Shown piece by piece: positions 25,852 through 35,420 of a stretch of 64,000 bases of DNA. The notes below the pieces were generated by a model, which was given only the letters and a program-made list of their open reading frames with translations, was not told the DNA's origin and did not search any database. Source of the stretch: Nitrosopumilus sp. (GTDB lineage Archaea; Thermoproteota; Nitrososphaeria; Nitrososphaerales; Nitrosopumilaceae); the NCBI GenBank assembly GCA_965249555.1, contig OZ252243.1:64001-128000 (forward strand), in the 5' to 3' direction. Positions within the stretch are counted from its first letter, which is position 1. Each line of letters opens with the position of its first letter. Position numbers and translations under genes: made by a program.

Positions 25852-26190
25852 TTAGTAATCATCTACCTTACTAGCATCACTTAGATGCTCTGCGATTAGT
25901 TTGCCATTAAATGTCATTTCAATTTTTGTCATTTCATCATCTCCTTACACTCTTGAAAAGTCAATGAAGCGTATCCTCAAAACATTTTTTGTGATAGTAT
26001 TTTATGTGATAACCTGATTTACTCACAGCAATATCAGTGTCCTTAAATTGTTTGCCACATTTATGACATGTTACTTTCTCTCTATTTCTTACACGTAATG
26101 ATTCAAATTTGTTAATGTGTATTTTGGCCATTATATCTTACCTGCCTTTCGTAATGTTTCCAATTCAAAATTTGAAAGTCCTCTTGTGTT

Positions 26191-26424
26191 TTTCAGAATT
26201 GCAAAGAGAAGAGGAAAACAAAAGGCAAAGGTAGCAGCTGCAAGACCGGATGCTTGCAATAATCCGGGCACATGCTAACAAATTCTGAAGAGTATCGTAC
26301 ACAAAATCATGAACTGACACAACGAAAGTATAAGAAGATGCAAAGCATATCTGAGATGTCCTGATTCAGCAAAGCACGCTAGTAAGTGTCCTCAGTAGGG
26401 TTGGAGATGATTTCGTATGGGAGA
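26191..26424 (+). mobile_element. IS110 3' part and right end (continuation of 22047-23107)
   Basis: IAKRRGKQKAKVAAAR..MLAII...YRTQNHELTQRKYKKM; ends ...TTTCGTATGGGAGA. Confidence 0.85.
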
Positions 26425-27810
26425 TTTGTTGATAATTCACTTGATAGCGGAGAGTACTTGGCAGTTGAGATAGGAAATAATGGGAGATACACCGAAGTTC
26501 TTAGATGGACTGATCGTGATGGAGATGACGATAGATGGCATCATGAAATAGTTGATTTATCACGTTATCTTCAAAGTGGTTTTAATGTTAGATTTGTAAC
26601 AGAAGAGAGTTCATCAAGTGAAGATGTTGGTATTGATAATGTACTGATTCGTGGAGAGGGGTCTGTAATTGATAGAACACCACCAATAATTTCAGTTCCA
26701 GGCGATATGGCACTTGATGCAACTAGTGAAAATGGTAGAATTGTAACATATCAGGCATCAGCTTATGATGCAGTTGATGGGACAGTAAGTGTTACATGTT
26801 CTCCACAAAGTGGATCTAACTTTGCTGTTGGAACCACTACTGTTACATGCAGAGCCAATGATTCCAGTGGAAATACATCTACTGAAACCTTTAGGGTTAC
26901 TGTAAATGCACATACACATGATACAGACGGTGATGGGTTTGCAGACTCTGTAGATCAGTGTCCTAGTCAAGCTAGCGCTACAAATAACGGATGTCCAGAA
27001 CTAATTCCTATAGAGTGTTTTGAAGGTGATGATCTGACTGAAACTGGTTTAGTTTGTGCTATAAATGATCTATTAACTGGTAAAGTTATTGCTGGTGAAG
27101 GGATATTTATAACTGGACAAGAATATAGACAATCTGGTTTTGTGGATGTAGTAAGCTCAGCAACCATAGGATTAGTTACGACTGATTCGGATGGTCAATT
27201 TGGTCTATTAACATCTTCTCATTGGACAAGTGATACTGCTGTTTTAAACAAAGGTATTCCTTATGTTAAAAATGGGTTATTATTGAATAGTCAATCAATT
27301 GGATCTGTTACACAAGATACCTATGTGTATGCAAATAGTACTAGTCTAAATGCGGATGTAGCATTTGTATCCATTACAAACCCTGATGTTGTACCACATA
27401 CAAATCAAATACAACAAGGTTTGTCTGTATTCAATATAACTTCATTTGGCGGATTGTATGATTTGTCAAGAAATACTGAAGTTCAAATATCTGGTTTACA
27501 TAATGATGGTATTGGTCTACTATCTTTCTATAATGCAACTGTATCTATGGGATCATTTACACTAATCAAACAAGGATTAGCTACTTATCCGTCAATTTCA
27601 GGAGATAGTGGAGCACCAATCTTTATTGATTTAGGCAATTATGATGCTCAGATGATTGGAATGCATGTTGGAAAAGGTTGCTCAATATTATTTGCTGATT
27701 TATCTTCTGTTTATTATACTCCTTGTGACAGTTCTTCTCCTGATTCGGATGTTCAATACAAAGTATTCACTCCATGGGAAAATATTGTACAATCTCTTAG
27801 TCTTGAATAG
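26425..27810 (+). pseudogene. N-truncated secreted protein with HYR domain and trypsin-like serine protease domain
   Basis: DRTPPIISVP...TTTVTCRAND (HYR), DTDGDGFADSVDQCP (TSP3-like), catalytic H, D and GDSGAP; ORF start at 26386 lies inside the IS110 end. Confidence 0.75.
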
Positions 27811-27837
27811 ATTCCTATATCTTTCTGTTTTTATATT

Positions 27838-28044
27838 ATGAAAAAGTTATTTTTGTTTTTAATTATAGTTGCAGTTTTAATTATTATACAACCTATAATT
27901 TCAAATTATAATACAATTAATCAACCCTTTTGTTATGATTCCACTTCCACTTCATCTTTTGGACTAGCTGAAGCAAAACAGGTCACGTGTGATTCAACAT
28001 CCATTCTAAGAATGATGGTGGATGGATGGTGGTGGGTTATTTGA
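27838..28044 (+). CDS. small secreted or membrane hypothetical protein
   Basis: Signal-peptide-like N-terminus, two Cys. Confidence 0.5.
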   Translation: MKKLFLFLIIVAVLIIIQPIISNYNTINQPFCYDSTSTSSFGLAEAKQVTCDSTSILRMMVDGWWWVI

Positions 28045-28241
28045 CATTATCTTGAGAAAACGTAATAAAATCCCAATAATTCACATAATGGTTATAGCCA
28101 AGTCCTGTTAGGCCATCAGTTCCTGGTGTGTAGTAATATAGTTTACAGACGTTATACGAAATCTTTTTCATATCTTGTGATGTATACCTACTGTTGGGCC
28201 TGAGAGTTGAATGAATACTGCCATGTACAAGGGCGTTTGAT

Positions 28242-28283
28242 AGACTAACTCAAAGTGAGCGGAAAACAAAATACCACATAGAT
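28242..28283 (+). mobile_element. IS110 left-end remnant
   Basis: 42 bp identical to 22119-22160. Confidence 0.8.
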
Positions 28284-28731
28284 GAGACATGGGCATAATC
28301 AATTCTCATTTTTAACCGATTTCTCAAATTATTCAAATAGAAAAAGCCAAGGATCTCATCATGTTTTGTTCATTGGAATGATTACAAAACAAATAAAAAT
28401 CCCTGGCAAGATTCCATGTGAGTCATTTCTTGTTGGTATTTTGTATCTGGCTGGAACACTATATCTGTATGAGAATGCAGTGAGACGGGGATTACCATAT
28501 GTCCATTCGACTGTTCTGATGGTTCAGTTATTCATCATAAAGTCATGGATGAGAATTCCAAGTGACAGCACACTGCATTATTTTCTCTCAATCAAATGTA
28601 CCAATGACAAATTACTCAAGGTTTGCAGACTAAACCAAATCCCTGACAGAAGGACAATTGACAGAAGATTTCAATGCTTGCCAATCAATGAAATTATTAG
28701 CACTGTAGGATGTTTGTTTGTCCCAGAAGGA
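28284..28731 (+). mobile_element. truncated second copy of the 4037-5148 IS, inserted into the IS110 left end
   Basis: Starts with TIR GAGACATGGGCATAAT; near-identical to the reverse complement of about 4700-5148. Confidence 0.88.
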
Positions 28732-28747
28732 TGCCAGATTAATAGTG

Positions 28748-28818
28748 TGGACTGACGGGGAATCGAACCCCGACCTACCTTATCTTACGAGGCAATTCTA
28801 CCTTTAAACTATCAGCCC
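28748..28818 (-). tRNA. pseudo-tRNA or tRNA-like RNA, anticodon ambiguous (AAG by geometry)
   Basis: GGGCTGA/TCAGTCC acceptor stem, perfect T arm CGGGG-TTCGATT-CCCCG, weak D stem, anticodon stem with a C:A mismatch. Confidence 0.6.
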
Positions 28819-29021
28819 ACAAAGATTTTATAGTAATCCAAAATAAGAATATTATCTTACGAGGCTAAAGGCTATCATTAAACTAGCCTATTTTTTTATT
28901 TCAAATGTATCATGCTTTTATACAAATTTTGTAATAAGGATATGCAAATCTCAGATAACTTTATATACTTTTTAGAACCATACACAAAATATATTTAAAG
29001 ATCTAAGCCAATAATTTTATA

Positions 29022-29873
29022 GTGATTAATAAAACTAAAAATACACTTTTAATAACTACAATTACACTAACTGCAATATTAATTGTTGGATCTTCTATAC
29101 AACTTGCATCTGCTTATGAAGTAGACACTCATTACCACTGGACATTCTTTCTGGCATTATATGTAGGATTTGATTGGGATGAAGCACATCTCATTGCAAG
29201 TGGTGATTATAGACAAGACGAGACAGGTCTAGTAGCTGGTGGACCAGTAGATCCTATCAATCATCCATTAACTGCCAATCCTAATAATTTTGAGTGGCAT
29301 GCTCTAAGCTTAGATGATACAGCCAAGCAGCAAAGATTAACAGTTCTAAAACAAAGAGCATTAGCGGAACAAAACATAGACATGAAACTTGTAAAGTTTG
29401 GTCAATATCTTCACTATCAACAAGATATGGAACCTCATGATGGTTATAATTCATTAAAAGGTCATCTTTTGGATTTCCATGCACCAGATTCTCCAGGATG
29501 GGATAAGGGGAAATTTGAAAGAACAACTCTATCTACATTAACCTCTCTTAATATGCTGTTGTTAGATTTAGATAGACCTCAAAAGGCATTAAACATACCT
29601 GAAGACATACAACCATTAATCAATGAGATATATGACCAAAGCTCATATTGGAGACCATTTGAAAATTCTGGTCAAGAAAAAAACCGAGCTACTATTGAGC
29701 AAGCAATTCCAAACTTACCAACTAGTATACCTTTAGATACAGAATGGACCATAGATAGGCCATTAATACCTGATATTATACAAGGACAGTTTGATACTAC
29801 AAATAGTAATAATCGAGGAGATCCAATAGTACCTACTTGGCAAGTACATCATGGGTATGGACGCATTGGATGA
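29022..29873 (+). CDS. secreted Zn-dependent phospholipase C/nuclease-like protein (DUF6765-like), C-terminus cut by IS110
   Basis: Signal peptide; DTHYHWT, WHAL, FGQYLHYQQDMEPH metal-ligand motifs. Confidence 0.6.
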   Translation: MINKTKNTLLITTITLTAILIVGSSIQLASAYEVDTHYHWTFFLALYVGFDWDEAHLIASGDYRQDETGLVAGGPVDPINHPLTANPNNFEWHALSLDDTAKQQRLTVLKQRALAEQNIDMKLVKFGQYLHYQQDMEPHDGYNSLKGHLLDFHAPDSPGWDKGKFERTTLSTLTSLNMLLLDLDRPQKALNIPEDIQPLINEIYDQSSYWRPFENSGQEKNRATIEQAIPNLPTSIPLDTEWTIDRPLIPDIIQGQFDTTNSNNRGDPIVPTWQVHHGYGRIG

Positions 29874-30687
29874 GAACCCATCGTAGTGTCATGCTTCCCC
29901 TTTTGGTTATGCTGCCATGATGTATCGTGTCTGCAGAGTTTCTAACTGATGGCACGACTCCTGCATATGCACATAACTTGTGAGAGTCATTGAATCTGTT
30001 AATATTTGCAATTTCTGATGCGATAACTAGTGCCGAGTAATCGCCAATTCCTGGTATTGATTTTATTATCATGGCATCAGGACTGGCCTTTACAGCAGCA
30101 TACACTTTTGAATTAATATCTGCAATTTGCAGATTGATATGGCCTATCTGTCGTACGAATCCGTCTATGCGATAGTCACCTAGTGAGGTGAGTCTTCTGT
30201 TGTATGTTACAGTGAACGTGACTCCTGGTATCTTGATTCCCTCCTGTAACAAAATTCCATGGACAGAATTTTTGAGAGAGGTCCTCCACTGAATGAGTTT
30301 TTTTCTGTATCTTACCAGTTGACGATGTTTTACTATCTTTTTGTTTGGAACATAGCATGTTGCAATGTATCCTCCACGCAAAAGATCTGCCAGTATCTTG
30401 GCATCAATCTTGTCTGTTTTCTTTTTTGATGCAGCTATTACCTTTGTAAGATACGGGTTTGAAAGTGTAACATTTTTGTATCCTAATTTATCTGTAAGAA
30501 ATCTATACGTGCCATACCAGACTGATGATGATTCCATGACAATGTTTGCATGAATTGGTATGTCTGTAAAATGTTTCCTGATTGATTCATGAGTGTTCTC
30601 AACTTTTATGTTTTGTAATATCTTTCCGTCATCATCCATCGTTGCTACTTGAAGAAATTCCTTGTGCAAGTCAATGCCAACATACAT
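29833..30687 (-). CDS. IS110-family transposase (second subtype), C-terminally truncated; non-coding left end extends to about 30800
   Basis: YVGIDLHK, VMESS, KKTDKIDA, SIPGIG, YAGVVPSVRNSA, TKRGS. Confidence 0.9.
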   Translation of the reverse strand: MYVGIDLHKEFLQVATMDDDGKILQNIKVENTHESIRKHFTDIPIHANIVMESSSVWYGTYRFLTDKLGYKNVTLSNPYLTKVIAASKKKTDKIDAKILADLLRGGYIATCYVPNKKIVKHRQLVRYRKKLIQWRTSLKNSVHGILLQEGIKIPGVTFTVTYNRRLTSLGDYRIDGFVRQIGHINLQIADINSKVYAAVKASPDAMIIKSIPGIGDYSALVIASEIANINRFNDSHKLCAYAGVVPSVRNSADTIHHGSITKRGSMTLRWVLIQCVHTHDVLAK

Positions 30688-30800
30688 GCCCTTGTCTTTT
30701 TCCCCTAATCTGTTTCTTTGAAGACGATGAATTACGACTCTTGGACATGGGTTTATTTTTTATGCTATCTGAATTCCTTCTTTTTGTATTCACATATAGC

Positions 30801-30831
30801 TATTGATTTGTGCGTGAAGGTTGATACATAC
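30801..30831 (-). mobile_element. solo 31-bp IS66 left end
   Basis: Reverse complement equals GTATGTATCAACCTTCACGCACAAATCAATA (33720-33750). Confidence 0.85.
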
Positions 30832-30978
30832 ATCGTTTTACGTCAATCATAAAATAATCAATCAAATATCACTCAAGAAAACCTAATTTTTATCAAAAAA
30901 TACATGAAGAGGATCTTTATCATATTCTAAAAATGACCAAGGCAAAGTTATTTTAGATACAAAGCAGTATTTGTATAA

Positions 30979-31878
30979 TTGGAAAAATTATGGTTTTGTG
31001 CAATAGTGTCAATTATAGTGTCAATTATAGTGTCAATTATAGTGCTAATCACACCAACAATATCAGAAGTTTATGCAGAATTAGAATGGGGGTCTCTTGC
31101 AGGTGAAGATGAATATCAATATCAAATAATTGAGCCATTTGACTATCCAGCTGTAGGTCTTGATTTAGTTGCAATGGGAGCATCACAATTGACCAGAGGT
31201 CTATCAGACTACTATACAGTTGTAGGTCTTGATTTAGTTGAAAAATATCCAAAAAGCGCAGAATATAAAAAAATTGAACAGCAAAGGAAAAAGCAAAAAT
31301 GGATTGATGAGTTTTGTTTTGAAAAGGAGATCATGTTAAATCATACACTTGATCATGGTACAGTTGAAAGATTCTGCAGTCCCGACTGCCATGAGGGGGT
31401 TAAGATGCAAAAGTTAACTGCTTATGATTGGACTGAAGTAAACTGTTATTATGGTACCAACCTTTTGATACAGACACAAAATATTGATGCCGATGCAATT
31501 TTTACTGTTGATATTCCATATGCAATATTGCCACTGGCCACAAATGAAAACATACGGGATTTTTATATATCTTTGGATAATGTGAATATTTCACAGAGTG
31601 AAAATAAAAATCTGATAACTCACCAGTATTTAGAGTATCAGACTTTGGAACTCAATCTGCCTAAAAATACTAGTAAATTGCGTTTCGAGTTTGCACTTGT
31701 GGGAGGAGCATGGGATCGTATTGATCATGAATACAATCTAACAATACCCTTGTTAGAAATAGAATGCAGGTCTGAGTTCGTATCCCTTGTGAAATCTGAT
31801 AAAAGCAAATCTGTTTGTGTGACCCCTGCAACTGCAGAAAAACTAATCCAACGTGGCTATGGGTTTTTTGAGAGTTGA
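30979..31878 (+). CDS. secreted hypothetical protein (thaumarchaeal CVTPATAEKLIQRG C-terminal motif)
   Basis: Signal or TM segment containing a 12-bp tandem repeat; C-terminal C..K....CV.P.TAEKLI.RG. Confidence 0.7.
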   Translation: MEKLWFCAIVSIIVSIIVSIIVLITPTISEVYAELEWGSLAGEDEYQYQIIEPFDYPAVGLDLVAMGASQLTRGLSDYYTVVGLDLVEKYPKSAEYKKIEQQRKKQKWIDEFCFEKEIMLNHTLDHGTVERFCSPDCHEGVKMQKLTAYDWTEVNCYYGTNLLIQTQNIDADAIFTVDIPYAILPLATNENIRDFYISLDNVNISQSENKNLITHQYLEYQTLELNLPKNTSKLRFEFALVGGAWDRIDHEYNLTIPLLEIECRSEFVSLVKSDKSKSVCVTPATAEKLIQRGYGFFES

Positions 31879-32187
31879 TATTATGATTTTGAAAACCTAG
31901 AGCCTTCAAGACTGATATCTCAGTCATGATCAGTGAATAGTTACACCCAAAGCAGGGTTCTGGTGCATTTTGCTGATCTGATCACCATTTTGCACCAGAA
32001 CCTTGACAGAGTCGAGTCTGGAGAAGATCATGTTTGGAGTCTATATCACGAAGATTGGATAGAACCAAGAAGATTACACAAAACCCTCAATTCAGAGAAG
32101 ATCCATATTTCATGATTTAGAGTATAGATCACTAGAATGCACCAGAACCGTCTAGGTCTCTAAGATGTTACAGAACCGTTTAAAGTA

Positions 32188-33072
32188 TCACAGTCCAATC
32201 AAAAAACTAACAACAAATAGGGTTCCAGTAATCCTACTAAACATTAAAGTCGAGGACATAAATGGCACCAAATTATCAATTGAATCAAAATTTTTCTGCA
32301 ATCCTAATCCAGATTTTATCATCAATGGGATTGTAATTAGAGTAATCAAAGACACCAAAGGAAACAAGTTTGCAGACACACCAATTATTATTACAGTATA
32401 AGACAATAGAGGGAAAATCCAAAATAGCTTTGAAGCTTTTTCTTTTCCAACTGCAATAACTAAAGATTTTCTACCTTTAGACTTGTCAGCATCATGATCA
32501 GGAAATGAAGCAATAAAAAGTACTAATGAAGACAAAACTCCAACAACAATTCCTCCAAGAATTGATTCTATAGTAATTTGTCCTGATTGAATATAATATG
32601 TACCAATAACAATCATAGAGCCTTTTACTGCAACAAAAAATTCACCTAAACCAGAATCAACAATTTTTGTTGAATAAAAATAGATGGATAAAATTGCAAA
32701 TCCCAAAATTATTCCAACAATAATTCCATCTGTAATTACAAAATAACCTCCAATTACAGAACCAAGAATTAAAAATGCAACGCCTGCACGATATACAGAA
32801 GATGGTTTGAGTAATCCTTCTGGCAACACACCAGTTCCACCACTCATCTTAGTTCGTTTAGTTTTTGTGTCAATTCCTCTTTTAAAATCCCAATAATCAT
32901 TTAGTAAATCGACACTTGCATGGAGTGCCATTACTCCGGCAAATATCAAAATTGCATCAAGTGGATCTATTGAAGAATTTTGCTGCCAATTAAGTGACAA
33001 ACCAACAGAAACCGCAATTACAGATGCAAGAAGAAATCTTACTCGAATCACACGAAGCCAGACTGAGAGCAT
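32188..33072 (-). CDS. menA: UbiA-family prenyltransferase (MenA-like)
   Basis: Multi-TM; NDYWDFKRGID and PDHDADKSKGRKSL motifs. Confidence 0.85.
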   Translation of the reverse strand: MLSVWLRVIRVRFLLASVIAVSVGLSLNWQQNSSIDPLDAILIFAGVMALHASVDLLNDYWDFKRGIDTKTKRTKMSGGTGVLPEGLLKPSSVYRAGVAFLILGSVIGGYFVITDGIIVGIILGFAILSIYFYSTKIVDSGLGEFFVAVKGSMIVIGTYYIQSGQITIESILGGIVVGVLSSLVLFIASFPDHDADKSKGRKSLVIAVGKEKASKLFWIFPLLSYTVIIIGVSANLFPLVSLITLITIPLMIKSGLGLQKNFDSIDNLVPFMSSTLMFSRITGTLFVVSFLIGL

Positions 33073-33152
33073 TAAAAACAGTATTAGTTTTTCAGTATAA
33101 TATTCATGAGTTTTGATTTCAGGCTATTGTTTATATCAAAACCAAATAAAAC

Positions 33153-33368
33153 ATGCCTATGATAATTGGTAAAATTTCAGAAAATGAGAAAAGTGTGAGA
33201 TTTGATGTTGAAATTCATTGTACTAGTTGTGGTAAAAAAGTTCCCGGTGGATTGAAAACTGGTGAAAAATATTATCAAACTAAAGAATTCAATATAGAAT
33301 TAGAGGATTTTAGGAGAAATTATCTTTGTGGTATTTGTAGAGACAAAAAAAGAGTAAATAAAAACTAA
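33153..33368 (+). CDS. small Zn-ribbon protein
   Basis: CTSCGKKV...LCGICRD. Confidence 0.7.
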   Translation: MPMIIGKISENEKSVRFDVEIHCTSCGKKVPGGLKTGEKYYQTKEFNIELEDFRRNYLCGICRDKKRVNKN

Positions 33369-33719
33369 ATTTCTTCTTTATTGTTTGACAAGGCTCTGGT
33401 CAATCATGCTCTCGCTTGTGGAGACACGGCTTGAAGCAGACGGGACACTATCTGAGATTGAGATAATATCATATGATCCCCTGAAAAAAAGATTCGGCGG
33501 AACTGACCTGGATGAGATGATAAAGAACAGTGAGAGGCTGAGATATGCAGCTGTACTAAATGGCATTAATGACATCAAAAAAGACATGCAAAAAAAGGTG
33601 CAATGCCTCAGAGTTACAGTCAGCAGAGAAGACTCTGAACCACCATGATATAATGAACCACATCTATGATTCATACGAAAGCAAAAGGCTGCACATATAG
33701 TAGATAAAGAAAATTGCAG

Positions 33720-35161
33720 GTATGTATCAACCTTCACGCACAAATCAATATCATTACACAAAAAGATCTAAGATCAACTAAATCATCATACAAAACATGT
33801 CAGGTTGTGGTCATGAGAAAATCATCATACAGCTACAAAAAAAGACAAAACAACAAGACGAAGTGATAAAACAACTAAAATTAATCATAGAGAATCTCAT
33901 AGAATCAAACAAGGAACTGCAAAAAAAGCTGTCATATTATGAGAATGCACACTCTCCGCCATCAAAGAATTCCCTTGAATGGAGAAAGCAAAAAAGACAA
34001 CACAGACAGCCAGGCAAATCAAGACGTGGTGGAATAGCAGGACACGTTGGCAAGACACAGAAATTCAGACCAACTAGCACCAAACACCACAGATCAGATG
34101 CATGTCCTAAATGCGGTAGTGAAAATATTCATCAAACCAAAACCTGCAAAAGGATAATGGTTGAGATTCCTCCACCAACACCCTACGGTATAACTGAGCA
34201 TGTTTTGAATCAATACATCTGCATGGACTGTTCTGATAATTTTCAAACCACGGGAAACCTTCCATCACATGGATGTTTTGATGGTTCAGTGATACGTGAG
34301 GTCGTCTCACTGTTCTCAAAGAGATTGACATACGATGCTATCAGAACCACACTCTATGAAAGATATGGATTAGAAATCAGCAATACAACCGTACAATCCA
34401 TTCTTCGCAACGGTAGTGTGATGTTAGAGTCATTTTACAATACAATCCACAGCGAAATCGTGACTGAAAAGATTCTCGGAATCGATGAGACAGGATTTTC
34501 AATTGATGGAAATACTGGATGGATGTGGGTTGCAAGAAGCAAGACTAGTGCACAGTATGCCTTGGAGTACAGCAGAGGTGCCAATGTTCTAAAAAAGTAC
34601 TGGAAGAAATTCAAAGGAACCCTAGTGTCTGACGGATATGCTCCGTACAGGACAGTATTTTGTGATAACACAAAGCAGAGATGCACCGCACACCTGCAGC
34701 GCGATGCCAAATATCTGGCAATAAAATCACAGGACAAAAAGGCAAGGATTCTATATGGAAAATTCTCAGATATGCTAGGTCATGCCAGGGTTTGGAGTGT
34801 AGGTAATCGTCATACAAAACGGCGGGAAACGTACAGGGATGATTTACTAAAACAGCTGGACCGTATCATTGCACGATATTTGAAAGGTGATATGGAGATG
34901 GTTCAGTTTGGCAAGAAGCTAAAGACTGCAAGGAACAGCATGTTTACGTTTGTCATGGATGGCGATGTCCCGTCAACTAACAATGATGCAGAGAATTCCA
35001 TTCGAAAGTGCGTGATGCAGAGGAATGTTCGCGGGCAGATGAAGAGTGATCAGGGCATGAGGATGATCTCAGTCTTTCTCACATGCTTTGAGACATGGAG
35101 AATAAGGGAATTGAACATGTTCTCTGAGATGGCAAAATACATCTAAGTGCTTGATACATAC
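33720..35161 (+). mobile_element. IS66-family element, complete (second copy)
   Basis: TIR GTATGTATCAA at both ends; 8-bp TSD AATTGCAG (33712-33719 and 35162-35169). Confidence 0.93.
33797..35146 (+). CDS. IS66 TnpC-like transposase
   Basis: Near-identical to 16120-17448, with 7 extra aa in the leucine zipper. Confidence 0.93.
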   Translation: MSGCGHEKIIIQLQKKTKQQDEVIKQLKLIIENLIESNKELQKKLSYYENAHSPPSKNSLEWRKQKRQHRQPGKSRRGGIAGHVGKTQKFRPTSTKHHRSDACPKCGSENIHQTKTCKRIMVEIPPPTPYGITEHVLNQYICMDCSDNFQTTGNLPSHGCFDGSVIREVVSLFSKRLTYDAIRTTLYERYGLEISNTTVQSILRNGSVMLESFYNTIHSEIVTEKILGIDETGFSIDGNTGWMWVARSKTSAQYALEYSRGANVLKKYWKKFKGTLVSDGYAPYRTVFCDNTKQRCTAHLQRDAKYLAIKSQDKKARILYGKFSDMLGHARVWSVGNRHTKRRETYRDDLLKQLDRIIARYLKGDMEMVQFGKKLKTARNSMFTFVMDGDVPSTNNDAENSIRKCVMQRNVRGQMKSDQGMRMISVFLTCFETWRIRELNMFSEMAKYI

Positions 35162-35331
35162 AATTGCAGGGTTTTAAGATGAGTTGGTTGTATTATGCTG
35201 ATCGCTTAAAATTACCGGCACTTGGGTACAATTGCACATCATAGGGATTTTTTTTGAAAATCTGTTTTTATATATTCGAATGGATTTTTTTGAATGTATT
35301 ATCCATTAATGATTCAACTCCTAAAATTTAT

Positions 35332-35418
35332 AGTGCAAGTCACAGTAGCAATAACAAGTAGTGCGTCTCGCATTATTAGAGAACGTGTTAAATGGGGGGT
35401 TCCTCGTTGCATGTTCTC
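35332..35418 (-). ncRNA. candidate structured RNA downstream of DUF3800 gene
   Basis: Stem GAGAACATG/CACGTTCTC and hairpin TGCG-AGA-CGCA right after the stop codon. Confidence 0.35.
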
Positions 35419-35420
35419 GA

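Larger units (their letters stand above)
23108..26190. mobile_element. 3083-bp virus-like cargo segment inserted into the IS110 transposase
   Basis: Flanked by the 8-bp direct repeat TTTCAGAA (23100-23107 and 26191-26198); removing it restores ESFYFR-IAKRRGKQKAKVAAAR. Confidence 0.8.

Noticed and set aside
26386-26424. Called start of the HYR-protease ORF (likewise the starts at 28282 and 40398)
   Set aside because: These starts fall within IS end sequences and are fusion artefacts
28905-28915. Partner IS66 right end for the solo end at 30801-30831
   Set aside because: ATGTATCATGC is only a partial match and its flank does not match the expected TSD ATCGTTTT
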